DNA of 64,000 bases from Ferrithrix thermotolerans DSM 19514 (GTDB lineage Bacteria; Actinomycetota; Acidimicrobiia; Acidimicrobiales; Ilumatobacteraceae). Position numbers and translations under genes: made by a program. The stretch is from contig CAMAWU010000001.1 in assembly GCA_945862025.1 (NCBI GenBank), positions 2,947 to 66,946 of the forward strand, written 5' to 3'. The notes beneath the pieces were generated by a model. It saw nothing but the letters and a program-made list of their open reading frames with translations, was not told the DNA's origin and ran no database searches. Positions 40,759 through 50,476 of this stretch are shown here, piece by piece. Each line of letters opens with the position of its first letter. Within the stretch, counting starts at the first letter, position 1.

Positions 40759-41874
40759 TTATTTCAGAAAAGACGGAAGGTCGTCGTCATCATCAGAGTT
40801 GACTAGTGGATCAGACCCACCAAACAAGTCTTTGAGTCGACCATTCTTTGCTTCTGGTCGAGTTGATCCGGTTGATGAAATTGGTCGACCATCTGATCGC
40901 GTTGATGATTTGTTCGAGTTTCCGTCCCATCGGTCAAAACCTGCGGCAACAACGGTTATCCGAACTTCGTCATTAATATCGTCATCGATAACCAAACCAT
41001 GAATTATGTTTGCGTCTTGATGCGCAACTCCACGCAAAATTTCCATTGCATTTGTGATTTCAAACAATCCAACATTTGACGGTCCAGTAATATTTACAAT
41101 CAATCCGCGAGCACCTTCAAGCGAAGCTTCAAGAAGCGGTGAATTGATAGCCGCGTTTGCTGCAGTGGTTGCACGATTCTCGCCAGTCGCAGCACCAGTG
41201 CCCATCAATGCTGTTCCTGCATTTGCCAGAACAGTCTTAACATCAGCAAAGTCTGTGTTGATCAAACCAGGTGTCGTAATCAACCCAGTGATTCCGGCAA
41301 CACCTTGCAATAAAACATCATCTGCTTTTTTGAACGCTTCAAGCAAAGAAGTTTTCTCAGTTGAAATTGTGAGTAACCGCTCGTTGGGTATCACTACCAA
41401 AGTGTCAACTTTGTCTTTGAGTGCGAGAATACCCGCGTCCGCCTGCACTGCTCTGCGCCGACCTTCAAATGCAAATGGTCGCGTAACAATCGCAACAGTA
41501 AGTGCGCCTTCTGCCCTAGCAATCTCGGCAACGATGGGTGCAGCGCCTGTTCCAGTTCCTCCACCTTCACCTGCGGTAATAAACACCATGTCGGCGCCAG
41601 CGACGACTTCTTGTATTTCGTCTCGATGTTGTTCGGCAGCTTGACGACCAACTTCTGGATCTGCACCTGCACCTAATCCGCGAGTTAACTCACGACCAAT
41701 GTCAATCTTGATGTTTGCATCGCTCAGCAATAATTGCTGAGCATCAGTATTGATCGCAATAAATTCAACGCCTCTCATACCGGAGTCCATCATCCGATTA
41801 ATCGCGTTTACGCCACCGCCACCGACACCGATCACTTTGATTACTGCAAGATAATTTTGAGGCTGACCTGCCAT
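40759..41874 (-). CDS. ftsZ: Cell division GTPase FtsZ
   Basis: 371 aa. Tubulin signature [15 protein letters not shown] and the C-terminal peptide [11 protein letters not shown]. Confidence 0.97.
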   Translation of the reverse strand: MAGQPQNYLAVIKVIGVGGGGVNAINRMMDSGMRGVEFIAINTDAQQLLLSDANIKIDIGRELTRGLGAGADPEVGRQAAEQHRDEIQEVVAGADMVFITAGEGGGTGTGAAPIVAEIARAEGALTVAIVTRPFAFEGRRRAVQADAGILALKDKVDTLVVIPNERLLTISTEKTSLLEAFKKADDVLLQGVAGITGLITTPGLINTDFADVKTVLANAGTALMGTGAATGENRATTAANAAINSPLLEASLEGARGLIVNITGPSNVGLFEITNAMEILRGVAHQDANIIHGLVIDDDINDEVRITVVAAGFDRWDGNSNKSSTRSDGRPISSTGSTRPEAKNGRLKDLFGGSDPLVNSDDDDDLPSFLK

Positions 41875-41986
41875 TTAGGATAAACCCCCGAAAATTGTCA
41901 TCTGGTACATTCTGCCACATTTAGCGAGATGAGACAATCATCTACGACATGTCTAGGCATTAGACACACCATAGACAATAAAGTCT

Positions 41987-44251
41987 CTACTTTGACTGGA
42001 CCGTTGGTATGTCTGGATTGGTCAAATCAATGAAAATTATTTGTTTGGCATCTTGTCGACGCAGTAGCACCACCAGAGATATCAATTTATTCTGCACATC
42101 CTGAGGCGGTCCAAAGTTGACAAGCGTCCCGGAACGCAGTGTCATCACTAATTGATTCGGCCCTCCTGTACCAACATTCAAAACAACCTCTGATAGTTCA
42201 GTGGGTAATCCTGTTGCCAATTGGGCAGCAGCACGATAAATATCTCCGGCGCTGACGCCAGCCTCGAGGTTAGGTCCTACACCCGTGATTTGTAAATATT
42301 CCGTCGGCTGTCCAGACTCAACTGCCAATACGCGTCCTTGAGAGTCGACAATTCGAGCACTGTTGTCGCTACCGACAAACCAAGCGACTGGAACTCGCTC
42401 AGCGACCTCAATCAAGATCTGTGACGGTAAAAATTTTTGAACCCTCACAGTCTCAACCCAAGGATCAACTAGTAGTCGACTCTCTGCATCTCGAGTATCA
42501 ACTGTAAGTAGAGGCTTACCTATAAGCGAATTCTTAACCGATTCTAAAAGATCTTTATTCATATAACGATTGCTTTCAACTTCAATTCGACGAACGCCAA
42601 TAAGTGGCGACGAAAGTACAGCGAGAGCAAGCAAAACAAAGAGAGCGACAGCAACTAACCCGAGTATCAGTGTCGATCTTTTGGTCCGTATTTTTCTAAA
42701 GCCTGTTTTCCCAGAATCACCCAGACGTAAATCATCAAGCACCACACTCGGGTTAGACGTTGGGGCAATGTTCACCGATTGAGTTATGGCATCAATTGGG
42801 AAAGTGACATCAGTTGGTAGACGCAATTCTGCGTCAATAATAATTATTCGATCAGAGTCATTTTCGGCAATTTTATGTATTGTGCCAGAAACTTCGCCTG
42901 CGGCAGGATCAACAGCAGATTCTGTCGGAGTTGGTTTCGTTAAAAAATCAGCACTCGCAGCATTGCTAGATGCAGCGCTAGATGCAGCGCTAGTTACAGC
43001 GCTAGTTGAATCACTTGCAGGAGTTTCAGTGTTGAATTTAAATTCGGTTTGATCAATTACCGGTTCTGCGAATAGATCTTCATCAATGTGTACGTCAGGT
43101 CTGACAACCCGCAAATTGCTAATTGGAGTTTCGTTGCCCTCGAACGCATCTTTAAGTTCCGCTAATACATTTTCTGGCAGTCGTTCAGAAATAGTGGGGA
43201 TCGGAATTGAAAGATCGGCTCCAGTAGTGACTCCAAATGCTTCGTCTAGCTGAGTACCAACTTTTCTTAGGCTCAAAGTTGGCGCTCCGGCATCTGCGCT
43301 AACTGCTGTTGGGAAACCAATGAGTCTTATTTCGCTGCGCAGTTCGACACCGTGCGATTCAAATACTCGTTGGCGCACAAAAGTCATCAGTTCTACAACG
43401 TCATCGGCGCTGCCACCCTCATCTGCCTGAATGAAATTTGCGTGTTTGTCTGAAACTGATGCAGAATGAATTCGATATCCGCGCAGTCCAAGACCATCAA
43501 TTAGTTCGCCTGCAGCAGTTACCCCTGCAACTGGATTTACGAATACTGATCCAGCATTTTGCCCCCCTGGCTGGTTCTCTCTTCGCCATTTAACAATCTC
43601 TGATATTCGACCTTGACTAATAATTGTGTCACCCCAGTTAAGGCGTAAAGTTGCCGAGATCACGATGTGCTCATCGGTCAAATCTGATCCTCTGAATCTC
43701 AAACCTAAGTTCGCTGCCGAAACATTTGCTTCAATTCCGCGCTCAAGATGAAACAGTCGCACACTCAACAACGAAGCAATCATGTCAGCGCCATGGCCAC
43801 CAGCGTTCATTCGCACTGCTCCGCCGATTGAACCCGGAACCCCAACGGCCCATTCGAATCCGGTTAGGCCATGATGCACACTTTGCCGGGCAAGAACCGG
43901 CAGAGGTGCCATTGCTCCAGCAATAACAATCGGAGTTTCTCCTGGCGTCGGCAAACTTATCAATTCTGCGAATGGCCCAAGAGTGACTGCGATGCCTCGA
44001 AAACCACTGTCACTGACGAGCATGTTGCTACCACGACCAACTACTACTACTGGTACACGAATTTTTGTCAACGCCCGAGATAGCGCGTACAAGTCTTCAA
44101 CATTTATCACGCGCATGAATAATGCCGCTTCACCGCCGACTCGATAAGTCGTATACGGCCCGAGCGGTTCATTCTCGGTAACCCGATCACCCAATAACGA
44201 AGCTAAGCGCGCGAGGTCTTTATCGCTCACATAATTGATGTCTGTTATCAC
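41987..44251 (-). CDS. murB-ftsQ: Fusion protein: UDP-N-acetylenolpyruvoylglucosamine reductase (MurB, aa 1-313) plus cell division protein FtsQ (TM aa 527-553, POTRA/FtsQ domain aa 554-754)
   Basis: Single 754-codon frame starting at GTG 44251. MurB motifs PYTTYRVGG, VVGRGSNMLVS, AGSVFVNP and ANFI. A 213-codon low-complexity linker has no stop. Then the TM helix LILGLVAVALFVLLALAVLSSPLIGV and POTRA RRIEVESNRYM...VRVQKFLPSQILIEVAERVPVAWF. Confidence 0.85.
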   Translation of the reverse strand: MITDINYVSDKDLARLASLLGDRVTENEPLGPYTTYRVGGEAALFMRVINVEDLYALSRALTKIRVPVVVVGRGSNMLVSDSGFRGIAVTLGPFAELISLPTPGETPIVIAGAMAPLPVLARQSVHHGLTGFEWAVGVPGSIGGAVRMNAGGHGADMIASLLSVRLFHLERGIEANVSAANLGLRFRGSDLTDEHIVISATLRLNWGDTIISQGRISEIVKWRRENQPGGQNAGSVFVNPVAGVTAAGELIDGLGLRGYRIHSASVSDKHANFIQADEGGSADDVVELMTFVRQRVFESHGVELRSEIRLIGFPTAVSADAGAPTLSLRKVGTQLDEAFGVTTGADLSIPIPTISERLPENVLAELKDAFEGNETPISNLRVVRPDVHIDEDLFAEPVIDQTEFKFNTETPASDSTSAVTSAASSAASSNAASADFLTKPTPTESAVDPAAGEVSGTIHKIAENDSDRIIIIDAELRLPTDVTFPIDAITQSVNIAPTSNPSVVLDDLRLGDSGKTGFRKIRTKRSTLILGLVAVALFVLLALAVLSSPLIGVRRIEVESNRYMNKDLLESVKNSLIGKPLLTVDTRDAESRLLVDPWVETVRVQKFLPSQILIEVAERVPVAWFVGSDNSARIVDSQGRVLAVESGQPTEYLQITGVGPNLEAGVSAGDIYRAAAQLATGLPTELSEVVLNVGTGGPNQLVMTLRSGTLVNFGPPQDVQNKLISLVVLLRRQDAKQIIFIDLTNPDIPTVQSK
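42965..43012 (-). repeat. Coding 12-nt tandem repeat (4 units) in the MurB-FtsQ linker
   Basis: Plus strand reads gctagatgcagc gctagatgcagc gctagttacagc gctagttgaatc. It encodes the S/A/T-rich stretch DSTSAVTSAASSAASS. Confidence 0.85.
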
Positions 44252-44255
44252 TTGC

Positions 44256-46856
44256 TCACCCTTGCTTACGCAAAATTAATTCGGATGGAAGCGTAGAAAT
44301 GTCTCCACATCCCATCGAAATGCAAAGATCACCAGATTTGAGTTGATCATCTAAAAAGTCGACGAGTTGATCGCGTGTTGCTTTGTACACAACATTGGCA
44401 TCTGGATTTGCCAAAAGTATCGCATCCACAACAAGCTGACCAGTTACTCCAGCAATTTCAGATGTGCCTGATGCATAGATATCAGTAACAACTATCAGAT
44501 CAGCCCCTACGAAAGCATTTGCGTAAAGATCAGAAATTAACGACATTCGATTAAATCGATTTGGCTGGAACACTGCCACAATTCGGCTCCAGGTATCAGA
44601 ACCATCACGGGCGCCCGCTAGGACGGCAGAAATTTCATTTGGTAAGTGTGCATAGTCATCCACGAATGTGATGCCTCGAGTTGTGCCGTGATGCTCAAAG
44701 CGTCTTGCAACACCACCAAACTTAGCTAGTGCAGCCACGGCGTTGGCGAAACTTGCACCAAATTGCATTGACATAACAAGTGCCCCCATGGCATTGCGCA
44801 CATTGTGAATACCGCGTAGGGGGATTGTCACATTGCCGAGTACTTCAATCTCTGATTTGCCTCGCGCAATTTTATTATTAGAAACTCTAAAACTTGCTGA
44901 ACCTAAATTAAATAAAATATTGTCGGCAAAAAAGTCTGCGCGCGGCGAACCAACAGCGACATCTTTGTCAACACTATGCACTGAGGCCGAATAGGTAATG
45001 GCACCATATTCCGTGGCAATTTCTGCACAAATCGGGTCATCAATACACAGCACTTTCGGGCCAGAGATCTTTTGAATAAATTTGGTAAAACTTTCGCCGA
45101 TTGCAGCAAAAGTATGAAAATTGTCCAAATGATCAATATCAATATTTGTCAAGACAGCACCCGCAAGTGGCAGTTGGATGTGAGTCGAATCACTCTCGTC
45201 TGCTTCAACTACAAATAGGTCACTGCCTGTCCAATGAGCGCCGCGGCCAAAGTCAATTACATCGCCACCGATTAAATAACTTGGATCCAATTTTGCTTCG
45301 ATCAAAATCGCTGTCAGCATTGACGAAGTTGTGGTCTTTCCGTGAGTACCGGCGACGCCAATACTTTTTGCTGTTTTGCAAATTGCACTCAAAATTTCTG
45401 CTCTTGAAAAAACTCGTATTTGTAATTCGTGTGCCTGAGAATATTCAATATTGCTTGCCGATATCGCCGGAGAACCAGTAACCGCATCACAACCAGATAC
45501 AGCAGAGCGGTCATGGCCAATATTGATTTTTATTTTTAAACGTCGTAAACGCTGGATTATCTCGGACTGTTTAACATCGCTGCCAGAAACATCATGGCCC
45601 ATTTCGGCAAGCACCGTTGCCACCGCCGACATACCAGGGCCGCCGACCCCGATCACATGAATTCTCCGAGGTTCAGAAAGATCGAATTTTTCTGCGTCGC
45701 CAACAACATCCTCAACCAACTGAACTAATTTGTTATCTCGATGCACTTCACCGGCGATTCGTGAAGACTTTGACATCATCACAAGTTTATTTTTATTGTT
45801 GATCAAATCAGTGATTATTTCGGCAATTGCCTTTGGATCGAGTTTTGACTCGTCTAGAACTAGCGCTCCACCTGAGTCTGCCAACCACTTGGCATTGAAA
45901 AATTGGTGATTCTCTGCTGACTGCGGCCATGGGATGAGCACGCTGGCTCGACCAACAGTTGCTAATTCAGCGATCGTGCTGGCACCTGCACGAGACACGA
46001 CTAGATCACTTGCAGAATAAATATCCTCCATTGCATCTGTGTTGGCAAGGCGCTTATAAGTGATTTCAGCACCTGCGACCAACAACGGAACTTGCTCGTT
46101 CAAAAATCTGTCGCCAGTTAGATGAATAATACATAAATCAGTTTTATTTTTATTTTGCTCGACAACCAATTTTGCAACTGCGTTTAAGAATGATGAACCG
46201 AGCGAGCCACCGACGAACGCAATAACTTTGCGCTCTAGTGGTAAACCGAGGCGCGTTAACGCCGCATCTCTGGTTGCATCAAGATCTAATTTGCGCAGCA
46301 GTCGGCGTACTGGAGCGCCCGTCAAAGTTGCATTGTTTAGTTTCGTCGGTAAATATGCGACTGCCGATGCTGCGGCTCTGCGTGATTGCAATTTAGTTGC
46401 CAGTCCAGGAAGCCGATCGTACGAAACAGTAACGACAGGAATAGCAAGTTTTGTTGCGGCCCGAGTTGCAGCGACGCTCCCATATCCGCCTACGGAAATT
46501 ACAACTCTTGGTTGCAGAGCTCGCAATAGAATTTCTGCTTGTGCAATTGCATTGCGCAACGAAAATACTGCTTTAACGTTTTGTTTCACTGCTTGCGGCG
46601 AAAACTTCCTGCTGAATCCATGCACATCTAAAAGTGTCAGTGGCATTTTCGTAGGTGGAACCAATCTTGTTTCAACTCCATTGATTGTTCCAACAAAGTG
46701 CAGATGCTCGGTGCTGTAACCATTATCGACTAACAATTCGGCTATTGCCAGTGCCGGAATCACATGGCCGCTGGTGCCACCACCTGTAATTACCGCGAAT
46801 ACGGATTTAGATAACCGAGAATTGTCCAAGATGTTGCCTCTGTGTAGAGATCTCAA
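44256..46856 (-). CDS. murG-murC: Fusion protein: undecaprenyl-PP-MurNAc-pentapeptide GlcNAc transferase (MurG) plus UDP-N-acetylmuramate--L-alanine ligase (MurC)
   Basis: One open frame. MurG motifs ITGGGTSGHVIPALA, VGGYGS, GGSLGS and SRAGASTIAEL. Junction ...LVQLVEDVVGDAEKFDLSEPRRIHVIGVGGPGMS runs without a stop into MurC (GVAGTHGKTTTSSM, EADESD, NIDIDHLD). Preferred start is TTG 46856, overlapping the ftsW stop as TTGA. The longest ORF starts at 46904. Confidence 0.85.
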   Translation of the reverse strand: MRSLHRGNILDNSRLSKSVFAVITGGGTSGHVIPALAIAELLVDNGYSTEHLHFVGTINGVETRLVPPTKMPLTLLDVHGFSRKFSPQAVKQNVKAVFSLRNAIAQAEILLRALQPRVVISVGGYGSVAATRAATKLAIPVVTVSYDRLPGLATKLQSRRAAASAVAYLPTKLNNATLTGAPVRRLLRKLDLDATRDAALTRLGLPLERKVIAFVGGSLGSSFLNAVAKLVVEQNKNKTDLCIIHLTGDRFLNEQVPLLVAGAEITYKRLANTDAMEDIYSASDLVVSRAGASTIAELATVGRASVLIPWPQSAENHQFFNAKWLADSGGALVLDESKLDPKAIAEIITDLINNKNKLVMMSKSSRIAGEVHRDNKLVQLVEDVVGDAEKFDLSEPRRIHVIGVGGPGMSAVATVLAEMGHDVSGSDVKQSEIIQRLRRLKIKINIGHDRSAVSGCDAVTGSPAISASNIEYSQAHELQIRVFSRAEILSAICKTAKSIGVAGTHGKTTTSSMLTAILIEAKLDPSYLIGGDVIDFGRGAHWTGSDLFVVEADESDSTHIQLPLAGAVLTNIDIDHLDNFHTFAAIGESFTKFIQKISGPKVLCIDDPICAEIATEYGAITYSASVHSVDKDVAVGSPRADFFADNILFNLGSASFRVSNNKIARGKSEIEVLGNVTIPLRGIHNVRNAMGALVMSMQFGASFANAVAALAKFGGVARRFEHHGTTRGITFVDDYAHLPNEISAVLAGARDGSDTWSRIVAVFQPNRFNRMSLISDLYANAFVGADLIVVTDIYASGTSEIAGVTGQLVVDAILLANPDANVVYKATRDQLVDFLDDQLKSGDLCISMGCGDISTLPSELILRKQG

Positions 46857-48049
46857 TCCATGTTCCGGGCAACATTGAGTAGCAAACCAGTTGCCGACAT
46901 ACAAACCAATAACGAACTACCGCCATAAGAAATGAGTGGCAAAGTTAAACCTGTCACTGGTATTGACCCGGAAACTCCACCGATATTGATACACGCCTGC
47001 AGCGCAAACCACATCGTTACACCACCAGCCAAAAGAGCTCCGAACTTGTCTGCCGCACGCGTGCTGGCCTGAAGTCCGAATAAAGTCAAAATCAAAAATC
47101 CACCAATTACAAAAGTCACGCCGATTAAACCAAATTCTTCAGCAATCGTTGAAAAAATAAAGTCGCTATGAGCTAGCGGCACATATCCCCATTTGCCTGT
47201 ACCTGCGCCAGCACCTACGCCGGTAACTCCACCGTTTGAAATAGAAAGCAACGACTGCCAAACCTGATAGCCGTAAGTTCCTTTGGTTTCATTTAGATTC
47301 ATGAATGCCGTCCACCGGTGACGCCGCGACGCACTCGAAAGCGTAAATAACATACCTGCTAACACTGACAATGATGTCAACGAAAAAATAATTCTAAATG
47401 GAGTGCCAGCCATAAATAAAAGAGTCAACACAATGCATGTCAAGATGATTGCGCCACCCAGATCTTTTTGAACTAAACATAAACCAACTGAAATTATCCA
47501 AACTCTAAAAACTGGTTTGAGTGTGCGTGCCAAATCAGTTATCTCGTCTTGTCTGCGACCCAGCAAGTTCGCGCAATAAACGAGAAGTGCTAATTTAAGA
47601 AACTCTGACGGCTGAAACCCCACTGGCCCTATTGCTACCCATGCCCGAGCACCATTAGTACTTACGCCAATATTCGGAGCGAATGGCAGAAGCATTAAAC
47701 CGAATGCAAAAATTATTCCTGGAAGAACTACTTTCCGAAGCAATAAATAAGGAAATCGGTAAAAGAAGATCATTCCTAGCATGCCAACGCTTGACCACAT
47801 AAGTTGTTTAAAAAACATTCTCCACGGAGACATTCCTTTATTAAGTGCAACAATCGAAGATGATGACAGCACCATTACCAGACCGAAAGTAATTAGAGCG
47901 ATAACAGTTATTAAGATCCAAAAAAGAGTGGGGTTCGCAGCACCAAGTGATGTCTCACGAGTTTCAAGTAGACCTTGCTCTTGCAACACATCTCGGCGTC
48001 TGTCATTCAAAGTTTGCGCGCGACTTGAGTTTGGAGTTGCAGTACTCAT
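46853..48049 (-). CDS. ftsW: Peptidoglycan glycosyltransferase / lipid II flippase-family protein FtsW (SEDS)
   Basis: 398 aa, about 10 TM helices. SEDS motifs (FQPSEFLKLAL, HSDFIFSTIAEEFGLIG, PLISYGGSS). ATGA overlap with the murD stop. Confidence 0.92.
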   Translation of the reverse strand: MSTATPNSSRAQTLNDRRRDVLQEQGLLETRETSLGAANPTLFWILITVIALITFGLVMVLSSSSIVALNKGMSPWRMFFKQLMWSSVGMLGMIFFYRFPYLLLRKVVLPGIIFAFGLMLLPFAPNIGVSTNGARAWVAIGPVGFQPSEFLKLALLVYCANLLGRRQDEITDLARTLKPVFRVWIISVGLCLVQKDLGGAIILTCIVLTLLFMAGTPFRIIFSLTSLSVLAGMLFTLSSASRRHRWTAFMNLNETKGTYGYQVWQSLLSISNGGVTGVGAGAGTGKWGYVPLAHSDFIFSTIAEEFGLIGVTFVIGGFLILTLFGLQASTRAADKFGALLAGGVTMWFALQACINIGGVSGSIPVTGLTLPLISYGGSSLLVCMSATGLLLNVARNMD

Positions 48050-49410
48050 GATCGAGCTCCGGAACTTTTGAGTTGCTGAATTAGCGCTCTAACTTCGTTT
48101 GCAAAGTCATCACCGCGTTGACCATAGTTTGAATACCAGTCATAGCTAGTGCAGCCTGGCGAAAGCAGAATTGCGTCGCCAGATTCTGCGAAACTATTAG
48201 CAATAGCCACGGCGTCGCGCATTGAATCTGCTCTTCGCACTTCGCAGATCTGCGAAAATGCTGCTTCAATTTCTTTTGCGGCGTGACCAATTGCCACAAC
48301 TGCTCGCATTCTGGTTGGCTCACAAGCCATCTCGCCTAATTCGAGACCTTTATTCTTGCCACCAGCAATTAATACGATTGATTCAAACGATTTCAACGCA
48401 ACTTTAGCGGCATGTGGGCTTGTCGCTTTTGAATCGTTGTACCACGAGACTCCATTATTTGACGCGACAAGTTCGATTCTGTGTGGCGCATTTACAAAAT
48501 CACTAAGCGCACTAGCCACATCGCTAGGTGTCGCAAGACCTGATTCAATCATGATCGCTGCGGCAGCCAAAGCATTCGTCACATCATGAGGCATACTTCG
48601 TCGCATCTGTGAAACTTTCATCATCGACCCATGTGGTGAAGTGAGTACTCCACCGAGCGCGTGATAATCACCGCGTTCAGCGCCGAAACTAACTACCCGA
48701 GCAGAACTCGCATTAGCAATTTTTTCGATTTCTAAATTTTCGACTGGTACAACTGCAACATCATCGTGAATTAAGTGAGCCCAGATCTTCGCTTTTGCAT
48801 CTCGATATGAATTTATCGATGGGTGCCAATCTAAATGATCTGGGGCAAAATTAAGCCAGACCGAAGCCTTTGCCCGAAAACTTTGCGTATATGCCAACCG
48901 AAAGCTCGAACATTCAACCGCGAACATTTGCGCATCACTGCGAAGCGCAGCAACTAATGGAACATCAGTATTTCCAACTGCCATTGATTTCAAGCCCGCT
49001 GCAGTTGCAATTGCACTGGCCATCAAAGTCGTTGTCGTCTTACCATCAGTTCCAGTTATCGCGACCATTGGACGGGGTACGGGCGCAGATTGTTCAATTA
49101 CATAGGCGATTTCAATTTCTGATACCAAAGTTTTATTGTGCTGGCGTGCAAGTTTTATAACTCGATGAACTTCTGGAATGCCAGGGGCCGGGGCAATTCG
49201 ATCGACCTTGTTAATTATTTCTTGCAGTTGTTTTTCGTTTGGACTTGTAAAAAACTCTGCACCAATTTCATTTGCCAAAGACCGGTGCGATTCAATCGCT
49301 GCGCTGTCAAGCGAATCGTCAGCGAGAATTATATTTTCTCCGCGAGTAGCGAGTTCTCGGGCTACCGCTTGTCCAGAAATTGCCAGGCCATAAACCAAAG
49401 TTGATGTCAT
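48046..49410 (-). CDS. murD: UDP-N-acetylmuramoylalanine--D-glutamate ligase
   Basis: ITGTDGKTTTT P-loop and a Mur ligase central/C-terminal domain. ATG 49410 (MTSTLVYGLAISG) sits 1 nt after the mraY stop. The longest ORF starts at 49458. Confidence 0.92.
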   Translation of the reverse strand: MTSTLVYGLAISGQAVARELATRGENIILADDSLDSAAIESHRSLANEIGAEFFTSPNEKQLQEIINKVDRIAPAPGIPEVHRVIKLARQHNKTLVSEIEIAYVIEQSAPVPRPMVAITGTDGKTTTTLMASAIATAAGLKSMAVGNTDVPLVAALRSDAQMFAVECSSFRLAYTQSFRAKASVWLNFAPDHLDWHPSINSYRDAKAKIWAHLIHDDVAVVPVENLEIEKIANASSARVVSFGAERGDYHALGGVLTSPHGSMMKVSQMRRSMPHDVTNALAAAAIMIESGLATPSDVASALSDFVNAPHRIELVASNNGVSWYNDSKATSPHAAKVALKSFESIVLIAGGKNKGLELGEMACEPTRMRAVVAIGHAAKEIEAAFSQICEVRRADSMRDAVAIANSFAESGDAILLSPGCTSYDWYSNYGQRGDDFANEVRALIQQLKSSGARS

Positions 49411-49411
49411 T

Positions 49412-50476
49412 TCAGCGACGCAACCGCGCAAGGTTCTGCATATCGGTGAAGTCTGCAATAAATATTGCTAATGCGGTAGCAACACAGATCGCCGAAATAA
49501 TCCAGAAGCGGATAATCACCGTTGTCTCGGGCCAGCCGATTTGCTCAAAGTGATGATGAATTGGAGAGTTCCGCAGCAGTCGTTTCTTTCGCCCAGACGC
49601 TTTGAATACTCCCATTTGCAATGCGACCGAACCAGCTTCAAAAACATTTATCCCACAAATAATTGGAAGTAACAACTGTGTATTGGTTGTAACCGCAAGC
49701 AAACCGAGTGCAGTGCCAATTCCGAGTGCACCAACATCGCCCATAAAGATTTTCGCAGGTGCAGCATTCCACCATAGGAATCCCCCACATGCCCCAGCCA
49801 ACGAAGCAGACAAAACTGCAAGATCAAGCGGATTGATCACACTGTGATACAAATTTGGATTTCGAAACGCCCAGTATCCAATTACTGTGAAAGCTACAAA
49901 GCCAAACGCGGCGGAACCTGCAGCCAAACCGTCGAGGCCGTCGGTTATATTCACCGCATTCGATGTTCCCCATACCATTAGTGCCGTCCAGATAACAAAT
50001 AATGGCCAGGTGAAGGTAATGCCTGGAAGATCCGACCTTGTAAACGAAAGGGTTTCACTGACTCCAGTGGCTGAATGCAACCACCAGGTCAATACAAGAC
50101 AGATTACAAACGTGACGTAACCCTTTTTTTTCCAAAATATTCCACGATTGTGCTGGCGTTGCACCTTTAGAAAATCGTCGAGAAAACCGATCATTGCCAA
50201 TACGAAAACCGAAGCCCAAATAATTAGTGCTTGATCCGAAAATGGCAGACCACGACGAATATGCGCAAACGACCATCCAAAACCCGCAGAAAGCAAAATC
50301 GCGATACCACCCATTGTTGGTGTTCCCTGTTTGCTCATATGTTGAACAGGTCCACGATCTTCAGCGCCCAAAATCGGCTGACCTTTGCCGATCTTCCTAA
50401 ATATTGAAATCAATAGTCGGGTGCTGGCAAGCGAAGCGATCATCGCCACTCCCGCCGCCAACAAAATTGCAATCAC
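49412..50476 (-). CDS. mraY: Phospho-N-acetylmuramoyl-pentapeptide transferase
   Basis: 354 aa, 10 TM. GTPTMGG, NAVNITDGLDGLA and MGDVGALGIG. Start overlaps the murE stop (ATGA). Confidence 0.95.
   Translation of the reverse strand: MIAILLAAGVAMIASLASTRLLISIFRKIGKGQPILGAEDRGPVQHMSKQGTPTMGGIAILLSAGFGWSFAHIRRGLPFSDQALIIWASVFVLAMIGFLDDFLKVQRQHNRGIFWKKKGYVTFVICLVLTWWLHSATGVSETLSFTRSDLPGITFTWPLFVIWTALMVWGTSNAVNITDGLDGLAAGSAAFGFVAFTVIGYWAFRNPNLYHSVINPLDLAVLSASLAGACGGFLWWNAAPAKIFMGDVGALGIGTALGLLAVTTNTQLLLPIICGINVFEAGSVALQMGVFKASGRKKRLLRNSPIHHHFEQIGWPETTVIIRFWIISAICVATALAIFIADFTDMQNLARLRR

Noticed and set aside
41054-41644. Long antisense ORFs inside well-identified genes. Examples: 196 aa opposite ftsZ, 168 aa at 21737-22243 opposite fabI, 193 aa at 22493-23074 opposite the S8 protease, 183 aa at 12355-12906 opposite pimA, and 158 aa at 11048-11524 opposite htpX.
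   Set aside because: These are shadow ORFs of strongly conserved genes. They are A/S/P/T-rich and low in complexity, with no motifs. Every one is fully contained in a gene whose product is unambiguous.
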